From Amphiscolops sp. MND2022 (lineage: Eukaryota): 64,000 nt of DNA. Position numbers and translations under genes: made by a program. This document shows, piece by piece, positions 26,335-40,100 of this stretch; position 1 is the first letter of the stretch, and each line of letters starts with the position of its first letter. The notes below the pieces were generated by a model that was not told the origin of the DNA, did not search any database, and saw nothing but the letters and a program-made list of their open reading frames with translations. Where the stretch lies: assembly GCA_964187785.1 (NCBI GenBank), contig OZ076409.1, positions 29,700,001-29,764,000 of the forward strand. Reading direction: 5' to 3'.

Positions 26335-29300
26335 ATTAGGTCATCAGTTTCTGAAAATAGATTAGTGCACCAGACATTACGTCATTTTGGGATGGGAGAT
26401 ATGAATAGCATCAAACAAGTAGCGTATTAACTTGAATATTACTAATTCTAGATTCAAAGCAACATTTCATGTAGCGGTAGCATCAAAATTTAACAAATCA
26501 CTAATTCTGACCGAGCGTTAGCATGATTGCAGTGAATGGCTTGTACTGAATTCTGATTGGCTGGAATGTGTTTGGACCGCGCGTCAACTTGACTGTATCA
26601 TTGACTTAGTTGAACGCGTTTCCTTGTTTCTAGCCCATTTTACCAGCTATTAAAGCACCTTTCAACCTGTTTTACAGCACAATTACGAAGCTGTTACACT
26701 CAAAGTATCTGCCGCATTGTCGATGTTTTAGAGTTACTAAGCAAAAATTAAACAAAATAACATCAATGTAAGTATTTTGAATAAATTAAGAAAAAAGTTG
26801 CCGTCAAGTTGACCTTCGGTCAATATTAGAAAATATTACATGTTGATTAAAATCACTATTGTACGACTTTTAACGGTATAATTGCGTATCATTTTGTTGT
26901 TTAAAGGCTCCAAGAGGCTCAAAATGTTTCCTATTCAGGCAAGACTCTCGGTTTAGGGTTACTTTGATTGTTATCCTGCAAAATTTGGTAGAACATGCCG
27001 TCGCAGGCGGCAGCCTGCGACATATGAAGCTACCAAAGTACCCGCCCAAAACTAAAAATTTTCATCACACGAGACAAAACGGACACACCTTCAACACCTT
27101 TAAACAAAAAGTTGAAGAATGCTGGTTAGCTTTCGTGCGTTGCGATGATCGACGTTAACACGACTGACGAAATAGCTGATAAATTGTAGAAAATAACTGA
27201 CTTTCGAAGAGTTTTTGGAACTCGGTGCAGAATGGAAAACAAATTACACGTCAACTAGTTTTTAGTCGGCACTCTTCGTAGAAAACGCAGACTATAGAAC
27301 TGGCTTTCCTTTTTTTAAGACCAACGAGGTGACTGATTTTATAAGCTTTATAAGCTGTTTCTGCCACTAATTGCCATTAAACTCGTAATTTCTACTGCCA
27401 CTTGTAATTTTGAGGTTTGTTTGAGATCTGCGAAGCAGAAGGACGTGGGTTCGAGTCTCGCCATTGACCAAAACATTTTCTCAATTTTTTATTAATTTTT
27501 TGACGTCTCCAAAGGGTCCCTCTTCAATTTTCTGCAACAAAATGGATGTTCAAAAACTCCCAAAGGATCCCTTTTTACAATTTTTTGGCGTTATGTGACT
27601 TACAGGAGACTTCATAAAATAGTGTTCTCAAAATGTTTCCTCAATGGTTAGTTTTTCGAGGGGTTTTCTTGTCTCCAGTTGCAGAAGAAGTGATTTCCGA
27701 ATCTTATGCGTATCCCTTGAGGTATAATTTGGCACTGGAAAATTGATGAAATTTCAACAAAAGAGTACTATTGCATATGTAAAAAACTTTTTTGAATGTT
27801 GCCGGCTTGTTTAATCTTGCTTCGGTGTGTTATGTTGAAAGTATCACTTCGTTCAAAACAGTGCTCCATTGAAATGCTTCGACAACTTTGTGGAGTCAAA
27901 TGTTGACACCAGAGGAGAAATGGAAGGGATATCGAATTCGAATGAAGTAGCTAAGACAATGAAATTTGTTTGCTAAGGTTTGGCACACCTATCAATTTTG
28001 GGGTTGAAGCTCTGACACAGTTACAATGTTTTTATGTCTCGAAAACGTTAACGCAGCTACCATTAACTAGTTTAAAGCATTTGATATTTTCAAGTAGCAA
28101 CTGTACAAGATTGAACACCAGAAATCCATAATTGTTGGGTTCTTCTTTGTGCATTATGCCAAAAAACACGTTTTTGTCAGTCAGTGTGTATTATTAAATC
28201 AAAGAGTAGACAGACTCACTATATCGCAATAACTTAAGAAGTAAGACTGCATGATTGGATTCCATTGGAAATCAAAGAAGAGTGGTTATCTCCCGAAGAT
28301 CTGATTGTACAGACACCTTAATTGTCAAGGCAACTAGCCAATTCTCTTCCTATACTTGCTGCTGCACGGAACACAGGGTTTATGAAGAGCGCCAACCATT
28401 TATCTAAAAGTCAGCTAATTTGGGTCTTTCCAGTAAAACAAACTGTTATTATGATTCTCACACTCAAGTTCGAGTTTCGCAGCAAACTGATGAACAAAAG
28501 AACACACAAGAACATTGTAGGCGGTCCAGTGTTTAAAAATAAAAGACATGTCGAACCAACAGTTGGAGAGAAGGAGGAAACTTGGGGATTCGACCAGAAG
28601 ACGAATCTCAATTTCTTTTGCGTGCTGGCAGAGGGCGAAATTACACTTCCCGAAAAATACAGAGAGGAAGGAAACAACCGGTACGTGTTGTTAGAGAAAT
28701 CCCTCACTGCCCTAGCGGAGCCGCATTTTTAAGGTTGAACGGTGCTTTGTTCAGACATTGGACTGTTGTGAAATTAAAGAATGAGGGCAAATAAGAGTCG
28801 TCTAAGAATTGTTTGCAGATTTTGTCAGAAACCACAGTGCTAGGCTCACATGTTGACATGGCAACTGCTGATACAGTATGTTTTTTTTTGCAGAGACGAA
28901 ATGCTTGCAAATATCGATACCGTATTTTTCATCATTCTGCTTCTGAGATTTCCGACATCCAATCCAGTGCTCAACACTGCTGAATACGCAAAATCCTGTT
29001 GAAAAGCTGAAAAAGTTGAAAAAGTTGAAAATTGTCTGGGAGTATGACTCGTTTCGTTAGTCCATCAGTGAATGATCTGATGGGAAGAAATTCGATGGAA
29101 TTCATGTTCGTTAGTTTGAAAGAAATTCGTGAATCAACAAAAAGTGTTATCACAGCAGGGTAATGCCTTGCCTTGTTTAACCGAACTCTCACGTACCTTC
29201 CAAGGTGTCTCTTTTGTAAAATTTGTGTTGGTTAGGAATATATCGAAATTCTTGAGTCCGTTACTTGTACTTCAAGTTTTGACCATATACTTTGAAATAC

Positions 29301-31838
29301 CATTGCTTATATTGTCCTGAATTGTGTATATTGATGTACAATTTGTTCAATTTGAACGGCGTATTGTTCAAATAGGTGCCAGAAGGGATGTTTCAGAAAA
29401 CGACAATGAATTCCGAAACTGCAATGGAGCCCAATTTATCTTTTAACAAAACGGCCGTATAAGGAATAATACAAAACTTGAGAATCAACATACTGAATAA
29501 AATTATTAAGATTGGTTTTGTGCATTTAAATGCAGTTTAACAACTCCAACGTAGATGTGAGCTGTATTCTGCTTCGTATTATTTCTCTCCCGAGCTATTT
29601 CATGGTTTATTACCTATATCCACTCATAGTTTCAAAACATTCACAAGTAATACAAGAAATGGGGAAAATTCTATCTGTTACAAAACAAATTTCAGTGCAT
29701 TCCATCATTGAAAAGAGGGGAGTCTTGATAAAGTTTTGACAACAAAGGAAGCGACTGCTTTCAATAGTGAAACTGTTTGCATAGTGTCATGGACCGCTCC
29801 CAGCCGATGCACAACTTGCCACGAGGGAATCCATACGTTCGCAAGTAACAGAACCCAACAGAGAAACTATTTCTTCTTCTTCACCTTGAAAAGAAACATT
29901 GAAAACAACATCTAAATCCGTAACCCCTACGGAGTTCAACAAATCTGAAATGAAACAATCACGCGAGTAGGCCCAGTGAATTGTATCACAGTAATAAAGT
30001 ATATGTCAAAATTCACTTAAAGTACAGTGTAGTAATTTAGGCAAATATTCACATAGTGATGTCCACGTCGCGCGATAGCTTTGTTGTTCTATATTGCCAG
30101 TCTAACGGACGAATAGCGTCGCTTTTTGACTGTGGTATTTCCGATCTTGCCAATGAGAACGATTTTTTGACGTCACTAGCTAAGGAATGAAAATTATACT
30201 CCACTGCGTTACCGTACTCCTTCGTCAACCGCTGGCCAGCTATAGCTAATCTTAATACACAAGGAAACACTACGGAACGATTTTTTTATTGTAGCTATTG
30301 TAGCTACGGAAATGAGATCTCAGACGCAGTTCATATGAAGGTCTTCATGAGAAATAAAAAAAATAATTAGGGTTTTAGTTGGGTTCTTACTTGTTGAAAG
30401 CTGTACTGTAAGACTAATGTTTGCTATTTAGTGCCTGAAAATAATGAGAGTCTCCTTTTCATCCCACGTTCCATAATCAGACAAAAAAAACCGTTAGTTT
30501 TACGTTGCTTGGGATATCCATTCTTGACTGATAGATGAACGTTTCAACATGCCTCAAATCTGACACAAAAAAATATTCAAAAATGCAACGGAAGGGCAAA
30601 GTTACATGAATATATGATTTTCCTTTTGAGTACAACTTTGTAATGACGTTTCCGTCAAAGTGTTCTAGAATGATGAAATTGTATTAATCGTATGGCCATT
30701 GGAGCAATACCATGTCTGTGCAATGAATCGGTGCTTCGAGTAAGTTTTTCTTAAACTATGAAGTTTGCTATACGGAAAGTCTTCGTTGTCCAAGTATTTG
30801 AGTGCGTTACAAATTGTAGGATACGACTTGTATTGATGTGTTGTATGTTTAGTTTAGATGTATTTAGGTCACTTTGAGTTCATACCAATAATATTTGGAA
30901 TGTGTTATGCGAGCATCATTTTTGCCTCTTCATCAATATTTTAGTACTCGCATTTCTGAGTATACTGTCTCCGTTCTAGTTGCGTCACTAGTATTGGTAG
31001 TTATACTTTTGCTTCGATATTCTAAATTCCCAAGTTAAAATGTGACTAATTGTTCATGCTGGCGTGCTCCCGTCGATGAAAATGTTCAGTTGACTTGTAT
31101 TTTGCCGCCATTTCGGAGTCCAAACAGGACGCGTACTTGCATGATCAATGATAATTTTCACAAAGGCGGCGAGTAAGTGGCGCGACTAGTAATTTCGATA
31201 CCTGAATTTTAGACACCGGACTGAGATAGTATGAATCAACTGGGGTTTTGTATGAAAAAACCCGATTTTCATGATACCTAAGAAATATAAGGAGAGGAAC
31301 AAATGATTCCAGGAGAGTATATATTTGCAAAATCATGTAAAGTTTGCATTTAATTGTTTCGTCATTGTTTCGTCACACCTATCCTTATTCAGACGTTGAA
31401 GTAGAACTATTTTTCTTTGAAGAATTTATTCTTTCCAAAGATCCTTCTTTCATCTGCAAAGTGACAACTAGAAGCCAACAGATAAAAACAGTTGAAGCGC
31501 TAGCTTCGCGGAGCCTACAAAGTCATAACTGAGATTAGTCAAATCGAGACCCTCGTAGCAGGTCCAAGTAAATCACCTGAAATTCACCCTGCAAATCTAG
31601 ACGAGATCAAAACATCTCAGAAAGGAAATCATATCCCATCTCACTAAAACTAAAATTATGGCTGAGAGCCAAAAGGAGATGCTAAAGTTGGTAGTACCAG
31701 TTAAAGAAAAACCTAACAATCACCAGAATATAGAAGACTCCGACTCTGAGACGGACAACGTTTTTCCTACAACTACATCTACACGGATAAAATCTAAAGC
31801 GGCTACTCATAAAACTCCTCCGGCAACTAGTCGTAACA
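26335..31838 (+). repeat. Segmental direct repeat, copy 2; ends in a family C LTR end not followed by PBS/gag
   Basis: Direct match to 11806-17182; homology stops exactly after gtcgtaaca at 31838. Confidence 0.95.
27830..28413 (+). pseudogene. Duplicate pPolB relic
   Basis: Near-identical to 13300-13885. Confidence 0.65.
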
Positions 31839-32381
31839 AATAGAAACATGGAAACGTATTCTCGCAACAGTGGAATCCAATACAGGTTCAAGGAAATCCA
31901 CTGAAGCTGAAAATGCGGACTTTTTAGGCTAGTTTCTGAATTTTGGTTTCAACCCCTGCATATGTTACCGTCCTAGATTTCCATGTTATAGACTCAACTG
32001 GAAATCATTGAATTACATTTTAAAAAGTAGGTTAGTGCTAACCGCTGACTTATCGAAACAGATTTGTGTCATCCTAAATTTGACACAGTATCAAGTCAGT
32101 CACCTAAATATTTTAGATATTTTACATAGCGATATAGTGCATTTTACATATTCTATTTTACATATGCTGACTATCATGTACTGACTATAAGCGATGACAG
32201 TGGCTTCAAAGAAGCGCAGTTCATAACCGAGAACAAGCTCTAAAAATTTAGGAAAGCATTAGTCAGCTAAAAATGTATACCCGACGGAAATCTCGAGTGT
32301 AAACTTAGGTCATGCAATTCTTAACGGCTTATTCGATGTTATATTTGGAGCTTTAAGAACCCATTTGGATTCCTTTAAGAA

Positions 32382-34053
32382 CCCAGTGTAAAATATCCTG
32401 AAACTCTTGCCAAGAATCTTGCAAATTCCTGAAACTCTTGGTAAGATTCTTGGCCAGACTCTTACCAAGAGCGCCAAGAAAATGTACAATCTTGCAAGAT
32501 CTTGCCAAGAACTTCATGAAAAATGCCAGCTTTTTCGACCAAAAAACGCACAAAAAGGATTCTTGGCATATAAAACCTCTCAAGAAGTACCAAGAAAAGT
32601 CACGAAACGTCAAGAATTTTGCCTAGAAATCAGGAAAAACCCAAGAATTAGTGGGAAAAAGCGAGAGGTCTCAAGATCCCATCGCAAAGAAACCCGAGCC
32701 ACAAACGTTTAGGAAGGAAACCTTAAATCAAAAGACATAAGATTTATAAGCATCAAAAAGTCGATCAGATAGTCGTCGGATATGGTTTTGAACCAAAAAC
32801 AAAGTTTGCAGCTATTGTGAACTTTCCGTTTCAAAACAGTGATTTTGGACGTTATTCCCAAAAAATGGTTTTAGACGTTATTCCTGAAAAATAGTGATTT
32901 TTAAGTAAGAATTCCAGAACACCAAAAACAAGCACATGTTAAAGTGATTTATAAAAGGGTGAAAATGAAGGTCCTGAAACTTACAGGCCAAAATCAATGA
33001 CGTCTTCCCAAGATTTGGACAAATCCTAAGAGAACAACTAAACGAATACCTTGAGAGGAACAAATTACTTTGCAGTTGGGATTCTGAGCAAATTACTCAC
33101 CAATGGATGCTTTACTATACGTTACGGAAAATATAAGAAAAGATATAGACGACAATCGAAGCACTGCAGCAGCATTTTTGGAATCATCAAAAGCAATCAA
33201 TTTGATGTCTCATGAAACTATTCTTGGAAAAATTGCAACATCCTAATTTCGATGAAAAGGCTAGCAAAATAATGAAAAGTTTTTTAACTTAAAAACACCA
33301 AACGGGACCAGGGTATTCCACAAGGCACATTTCTCAACCATTTCTTTTCATTATCCATGTTAATGACATGCAACAATCTGTCATGGCAAATTGCATAATA
33401 TTGCAATATGGAGATGATACTAAGATGAAGATGATATCATCTACCATAAATTTGTCCCCCAAAATCACCCCCTTTTTAACACCGTTTTTTAAAATCATTT
33501 ATATACTTATGTTCTATACACTACCTCTTGAATTAGAAATGCAATTTTTTTACTTTTATGTAGGAATACAATGTTTTTTCGACTAGTTTTTTTTTCGTTG
33601 GACAACAAAATGTATGCCTATTGGACACTTGTTACAGAACTACTAAACTAAGCGACTGGCGAGCCGACTCTGGACCACTTTCATCTAGAAATCATGACAG
33701 TCTAACCAAAAATTCATAAAATTCTACCTCTCCAGCGGCTTCACGAAACGCAGTGCCAAAAAACGTCCTTAATGCTACCCGGGTCACTAAGGTAACCCTG
33801 AAGGAAACGATTTGTGTACAGTTCTAATGAGCTAAAACTGTGATACGTGCAAATTTCATGCCCGAACGATGAATTCGAATTTTTGACCTCTCGAATTTCT
33901 TGTTAAGCATCTTGACAAAAATCTTGTCAAGAATTTCAAGAATTTTAACGGTCCAAGAACAATTCACGGATTTATCAAAGGTTTCAAGAGGTAACGGGAC
34001 TTTGCTGGAAAATCCAAGATCTTGGAAAGAGTTTCAAAATATTCTACACTGGA
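32382..34053. mobile_element. Non-autonomous TIR element with TCTTGCAAGA-type subterminal repeats
   Basis: cccagtgtaaaatatcctgaaactcttgccaag at the left is the imperfect reverse complement of cttggaaagagtttcaaaatattctacactgga at the right. Confidence 0.6.
32990..33425 (+). pseudogene. LINE reverse transcriptase fragment
   Basis: DALLYVTENIRKDIDDNRSTAAAFLESSKA; GIPQGT; FIIHVNDMQ; LQYGDDT. Confidence 0.8.
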
Positions 34054-34101
34054 AGTCATTCTGGCGTAATCAACTACTTTTATAAGTTTCAATTGAAGCT
34101 T

Positions 34102-34883
34102 TGTAACGACAAGCTCTAGTACAGCAATATCAACCGATTTTGCAACTTTGACATGTTCAGAAATTTTGTCAAAAATTCTAATCCGATGTGTGACGTGGCA
34201 CTGAGCATGTGATTGCTCTTTTCGCTGTTTCCACGAAATTGGCAGGTACTTCGACAACAAAGAGCAAGAACGAGCAAAAACACGGGCGCGCCGCCATGAC
34301 AGAAGCCGGAGAGCTAGAAAAACTCTAAAATAGACTCTTTTTGAGGTGCTAACCCCGGTTTTCATCGATTTCAGCATTATGCTACCCTATGTAGCAGAAA
34401 CCGGTAAAATGAGTCTTTTTGCTTAATTGTCCTTGTTTGGTGCTTGGAGCTCCTGCGCCCCAGCTTTTTAGCTGTGTGGTTTGCCATTCCGATGTGTGCT
34501 TTGATGTATTTTTGCTGGATTTAGCCGTTTGAACTAGCGCTAGCGCTAGTTTGTGCAATTTTAGATCTTATTCCCCGTTTTAGATTTTATTCCGATATCA
34601 GATGAAAGATGGAAATTTACACTGTTTATTCTCGGCATTGTTTTTAAAGGCTGTCTAAACGGTGGTCCCAGGCAAAGTGCCGAGACGGATGCCCGTTATT
34701 CTCAGCAGTTACAGACTGGGAGCAGGCCAGAGAGCGTCCTACAAGACGGTTCCCCCACCTTGGGACTGGCTCCTTCGGAGGGAAAATGAGCTAGGGCCGC
34801 GGAGATCTAGGTCCCGGATCCTATTCGCTGTTCTAGTTCCTCCACTCTACGTTGCGGTTCAAGCGCCTGCGCTTATCGTTACA
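34102..34883 (+). mobile_element. Solo LTR, family D (782 bp), with gag-like ORF start running to the LTR end
   Basis: Perfect 8-bp terminal inverted repeat TGTAACGA...TCGTTACA; homologous to 62635-63351; only a 3-bp flank match (ctt). Confidence 0.7.
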
Positions 34884-37060
34884 CTTAAACTACATGATTA
34901 AACATATTTGTGAGAATAGCAGAACTGCTTCATGATACTGGGCAAAACTGAATGTGGTTCTGTACTTTCCCGTCCATGAAACTGTATGAAAAGTATGGAT
35001 ACCTGGTTCTGTGTAGAGAATGCCATGGAAGCGCGTTGATCCAGGTATATACGGTTCCAGTAAGGAATTGGTTTAAAATCTAATGAATTCGGATGTAGTT
35101 ACTACAAAAAAGAACCATAGAAACCATTTTTGAAATTCTGTTTTTGAACATCTACAAAACTTGGCATGATCAAAGTGTTTTTTGCCACAGTGCATCTTTT
35201 TCGGGAAAATCTTCAATTCACCGAAGGGCACCTTAAAGTTTCGCCAATATTAATTTCGGAAGAAACATTTTACGTGCCTCTTTGAGTTCTTCGGCACTAT
35301 GCAACTTTTTTGGGAAAAGTTCGAATATTTTTTTGATGTTTTTCGATGCCACAAGGAGCTCCTTCGGATTTTTTGGATCTCTGAATTTTATGAGAATTTG
35401 CTTAAAGCAACTCCGAGTATATTCATGAGACTTAGCGCTTTTTAAGCCTTAAGCGGGGCGCCGACTTGAAACATTCCTGTCTTGTTTGCCCAACTTTCAG
35501 AACATAAGAAAACTGAAACCTCCAGAAACGTTGGAGAAACTTTTGACAAAAGTACTCACAAAGTGAAGTGGCAATGGTTAACCCGTGTTTAACTTTAGAA
35601 AGTTTTTACGTCCTCTGCTGCTTTTAATTTGCCGTTTTTATAAAGAACATCAAGACTCTTACAGTACATAGTTTTTTTCAGCTCACCCTGAAACGTCCAC
35701 TTTTATCAATTTGATTTTAAATTACCAAATGAAAGAAGATGGTCAGAGCCCGTAGCGTCTATGTCAAACATCTATTTGAAAAATTGAATTTGGGAAATCA
35801 CAATTTTTTGGCCGGGCGCCAATTTTAAGACCTCTTCGTTGAGTTACAAAGCTGTATGAGACAAATGGATCACTTGTCGTTTTTTGGTGCTTTGCGATGT
35901 TTGCCCAATATTTCCGACACAAAAAATAGTTGCGTTATTTTTGTTGAAATGCGAAGATATTGACTTAGATTTCGTCTTCATGTTTATTCCTTCTTTTCTC
36001 TGTTCTATGCTTGACGTATTTGGAAAGAAAGCTTGGGAAGAACAATTCGAAAAAGGTTGGAAATTTCGAATAAAAGAAGAAATCGATAACATTAAATTCT
36101 ACTGGTGAAAATAAAAGGGACTTGTTTTGAGGAAATTTCCATAAAGAAAATCATTTTTTCCAGGAACAACGCCTAGCTGTCTTGGCGCACTGAAGTAAGT
36201 TTGTGATCAATCAATTATTCATCAGTTTCAGCAGTTGGATTTTAAAGAACTGTAAATGCAAGCAAATGATGAAACCTTTTGGAATTGCGTGCAGGCTGTT
36301 TAGTTTCCATTGAAATTCATTCCTACTTTGCGGCGGGTGTATGCCGTTTGGAGCGGGGATCTTTTGTCAATAGAATTTTATTTGGACACTTTTAGAGAGG
36401 TTTCTGCAAAATAACAGCAGCTGTGTTTTGGAACCTCCTGTCACATAAAACATGGGCGCATATAGCTAACTTGCATTGCAAAAACACTCGCCGTTTAATA
36501 CCGTGCAAACATTTCCATCATTTTTGTCGATAAAAAATAAATCCCCTGCGATTCCTTTTTTACTTTTTTTTGGTTATGAAGTTATCACTTGGCTAGATTC
36601 ACAAGCAGACGCATATAATTGACTATATAACATGGATACCGACATCATACTCAAAAGTTAGAATTTTCTTGAGCATTCTTTTTTTCAGAATAATTTTATA
36701 GTCTTTGAAGCTTATACGCTTGAAACAAATATCACGTGGTAAAAAAACGTCCCTTTTTTCAGACTCGTTGAACCGTAAATCCTGTTTTGTTTCCTCAAAA
36801 AGTTTACTTAACTGATCAGACTACAATTTTTTCAAGAAATAAGAATAATAAAAATGGAGGAAAACATTTTGGAACGTGATGATGAAATTTAATCATTGTT
36901 GCAAGAAGGATGAACAAATTATGAAATTTGGTTCACCGTAGAGCAAGATTTTTATTTCAAAGCTTTTTCATTCAAGTACAGTAAACTTCATTTCCTTTTT
37001 AAAAAATTATAAAAATTTTTCCATTCAATCAAGCGGTTACAAACTGTCCTATAGGAATGT

Positions 37061-37183
37061 CGAGTAGAATTATTGTCTTGGAGGCGCAAAATTCACATTG
37101 GTGTCAATATATTAAACTTTGAGGCGACACCAATGTGAATTTTGCATATTTTTCACGCCTCCAAGACACAATAATTCTACACG
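37061..37183. repeat. ~120-bp hairpin/MITE
   Basis: gtagaattattgtcttggaggcg..gcaaaattcacattggtgtc pairs with gacaccaatgtgaattttgc..cgcctccaagacacaataattctac. Confidence 0.8.
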
Positions 37184-40100
37184 CTTCGTTCAAACCAAGT
37201 TTCGTCTCGAAGTTTTGGTAAATTTTCAGAGACAAACGTCTGGAAAAATACCTTTGGATAGACAAAAAATCTGGTAATTTGGTAACCGACCAGTTTTGAT
37301 GCCATGCAAAAATTTTTGAGTCATGTCAAAAAACAATGTAGCAAGGTACGCTAGTCGAAGTTGTCGCAAAATTTTACAGGCATCTTCAAAAAATGCCGGC
37401 TAACTTTTTATAAAACATGGAAAATTCAGGGACCACGCCTGGAAAAATTTTGTAAAATTAACAGGCAACGTATAAAATATTGCAAAATTACCAAGCAACT
37501 TGGAAAATGGTGGCAGCATTTCGAGGTGCTTTTAAAAAATTTCCCTGCAACATATAAATCATTTTTTTAAAATCGAAGTAGTGTCATCCGAAAAATTCAA
37601 CGAAAAACTCTAAAAACGACCTTTCCATTTGATCTCATTTCTCATTCTGACGAAGTCTAATTCCTTCAATAATGATGTCCTTGTAAAAAAATTATTAAGA
37701 ATGAAACTGAATTAAAATGAGTCACAAAATACAAAAACTATTGGGTCTTTCTGTCCCCCCCACCGCCAAAATTTTTTCAGGAAAATATACAGGAATAGCT
37801 TTTTCAATAAATTCTCGGCAACAAAACCACTTCAAAAACTAGCCTTTTCAAGATAGCTGCACCGACGAAAAAGATGATATGGTCTAAAATCACTGTATTT
37901 TTAAAATCTGTAAAAATTATTTCATAAGAAACAAAACCGTCTAAATCTAGAATTTTAAAGCCTATATAGAATTTCCGGAAGCGACTGCAATCATTTCATA
38001 GCATTCGTTGATGTAAAATAGAGCTATGAGATAACAAAACGCTTTGAAGTGCCATCAACCGCAAAATTGTTGCAGCAAAGTGATTTTCAAAACCAACATT
38101 GGTACCTTTTTAATAAAAAGAGATCGAATATTGTGTATAATACAACATATCTCTTCAATATTTGCTTTTGAAGTACATGCTAGAAACAAGCCTCTTTGTA
38201 AAAAACAATTGAATCAGTCAATGTGGGTTCTTTCAAAAACTGTCTCTACTTTCGCTGTCTTTATAAAAGAGCTAAAAATACTATCTGGTAAGTATCCCGC
38301 TGCTTTTTTCGTTTACTTGAAAAATTGAAAAATCTTACATTTGGAGCAGTTCTTTTTCTTCGAACTATTTCTGCCCGAAACTACTGGCAGAACTTAAAAG
38401 TTTTTTCCATTTGTTTGGAGGTTACTGCAAGCTGGGGTTGGGAAGCAGGACTACGTGGGTTCGAATTGCTTGCTGAATTGAATTTTTTTAATGTTTATCC
38501 TCGTGGGACGTTTCTGATGTTTTTAACTGGAGAGTCACATGATTTCAAACACGAAAACTTTTTTCGAAAACGAGGGCTCCTCAAAAAGATTTTTTGGCAC
38601 TGTGCGACTTCGTTTCTGAAAACAATCAATCCACCAAAAGGATTCTATTTTTGAGGCTCGAGCTTTGCGAGGTGCCGATATGGTGACGTTTTTTTCGCAG
38701 ATTTTGTAACATCGGCCAACTTTTTAAACTTGTGAGGCAAGTTTTCCACACTGAGAATAGATATGAATAACATGTCTTCGCTAAAAGTTGCAGAAGATCC
38801 TAGACTACATTTTCGTCGAAACAGTTTTCAAAAAATATCGGCTTCATGGTTTTTTTTGAAAAGAAGTTTTGAAAAAAGGCAATTTTCGAGTTTTTTATTT
38901 TTGATCCCCTATATCTCAGAACCAATACCAAATACAGAGACCATGGTTTCGTAAATTGTACAAGCATTCCATAGGCTACATTTTAGCCTCATATTGACGT
39001 CAAAATTTTTTTCATGCTCAGTTTTTTTGGGCAAAAAAGGCTTTAAAAATGTCGAAAACTTTTTCCTGATGTGTAGCTCAATTTCTTAAAAATGATGAAA
39101 ATACAGAACCCATTCCCCCTCAAGACAAACAACAAGGATGTAGACTAGTTACCGTCATCAAGTACTTGATTTGTGTTTTTAAAAATTTAATTAGTTCTTG
39201 CATACTTGAGCTCCTATATCTCAGGACCGACAACAAATACGGAGTCCATGTTTTCGTAATTTGTACGAGGGTTCTGTTGACTACGTTCAAAGCTAAAAGT
39301 GGCGTCGAATGTTTTCGCTCTGGTTTTTTTGAGCAAATTTTTCCAATTGAGCATTTTTTTCCAATTTTTCCCAATTTGTAACTGATTTTTCTCAGAACTG
39401 AAAATAGATACCAAAACCATTGTTCCTCACCGAGTAAGGCCAAGATGTATGCTAGTTTTTGTACTATCATCATTTCCGTCATCAATATTTTTATTCATTC
39501 ATTCAGCTTTTACTTCTTTCATCAAATTTTCCTGATCTGAGACTAGATAAGTTCACTAGATTTTGGGTCCTGGAATATACATAATCTTGTAGCACCTTCT
39601 GCAGACCATTGAAGGTTTCTGCTCGAGGCCAAGCGCGACATGCCGCCGCGCCTATGTTTTAAATTTTTCTGATATTTCACTCGGGATTGTTTTCGACTGT
39701 GTACTACTTTTTGGATTTGCTTATCACTAGTTGGCCTCCCTGCTGTATCTTCTCAAATTCAGTTGTTTTAAAACCATTCAGAGACAACGTCTCTTTCTAC
39801 GGTAACTGTGCTTTTTTGACGTCAATTGGGGAATATATTAGATCTTGTCTGGAAGAAAGTGGTTTTTGAATTTGACTACTTCCAAACTTTTGAAAAAACG
39901 ATTTAATATGCGGTTTATTAAAAGGTTTGACGTTTTCTTCCGAATTAAATTATGACAAGTAGAAGACGGCCCTTGTTGAAATTGCCTGTACTTTTTGCAT
40001 GTTCTTCAAAATTGCCATCAACTTTCAACAAGATCCTCTAAAACTCACGGAAACTTTCATGCGGAATCATTTTTATGCTGTCTTTGACTTTCATGAAGAT

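Noticed and set aside
11806..31838. The two 5.4-kb copies as the paired LTRs of one giant element
   Set aside because: The repeat begins mid-way through another LTR with no TG start or TSD, contains unrelated relics, and has two identity tiers
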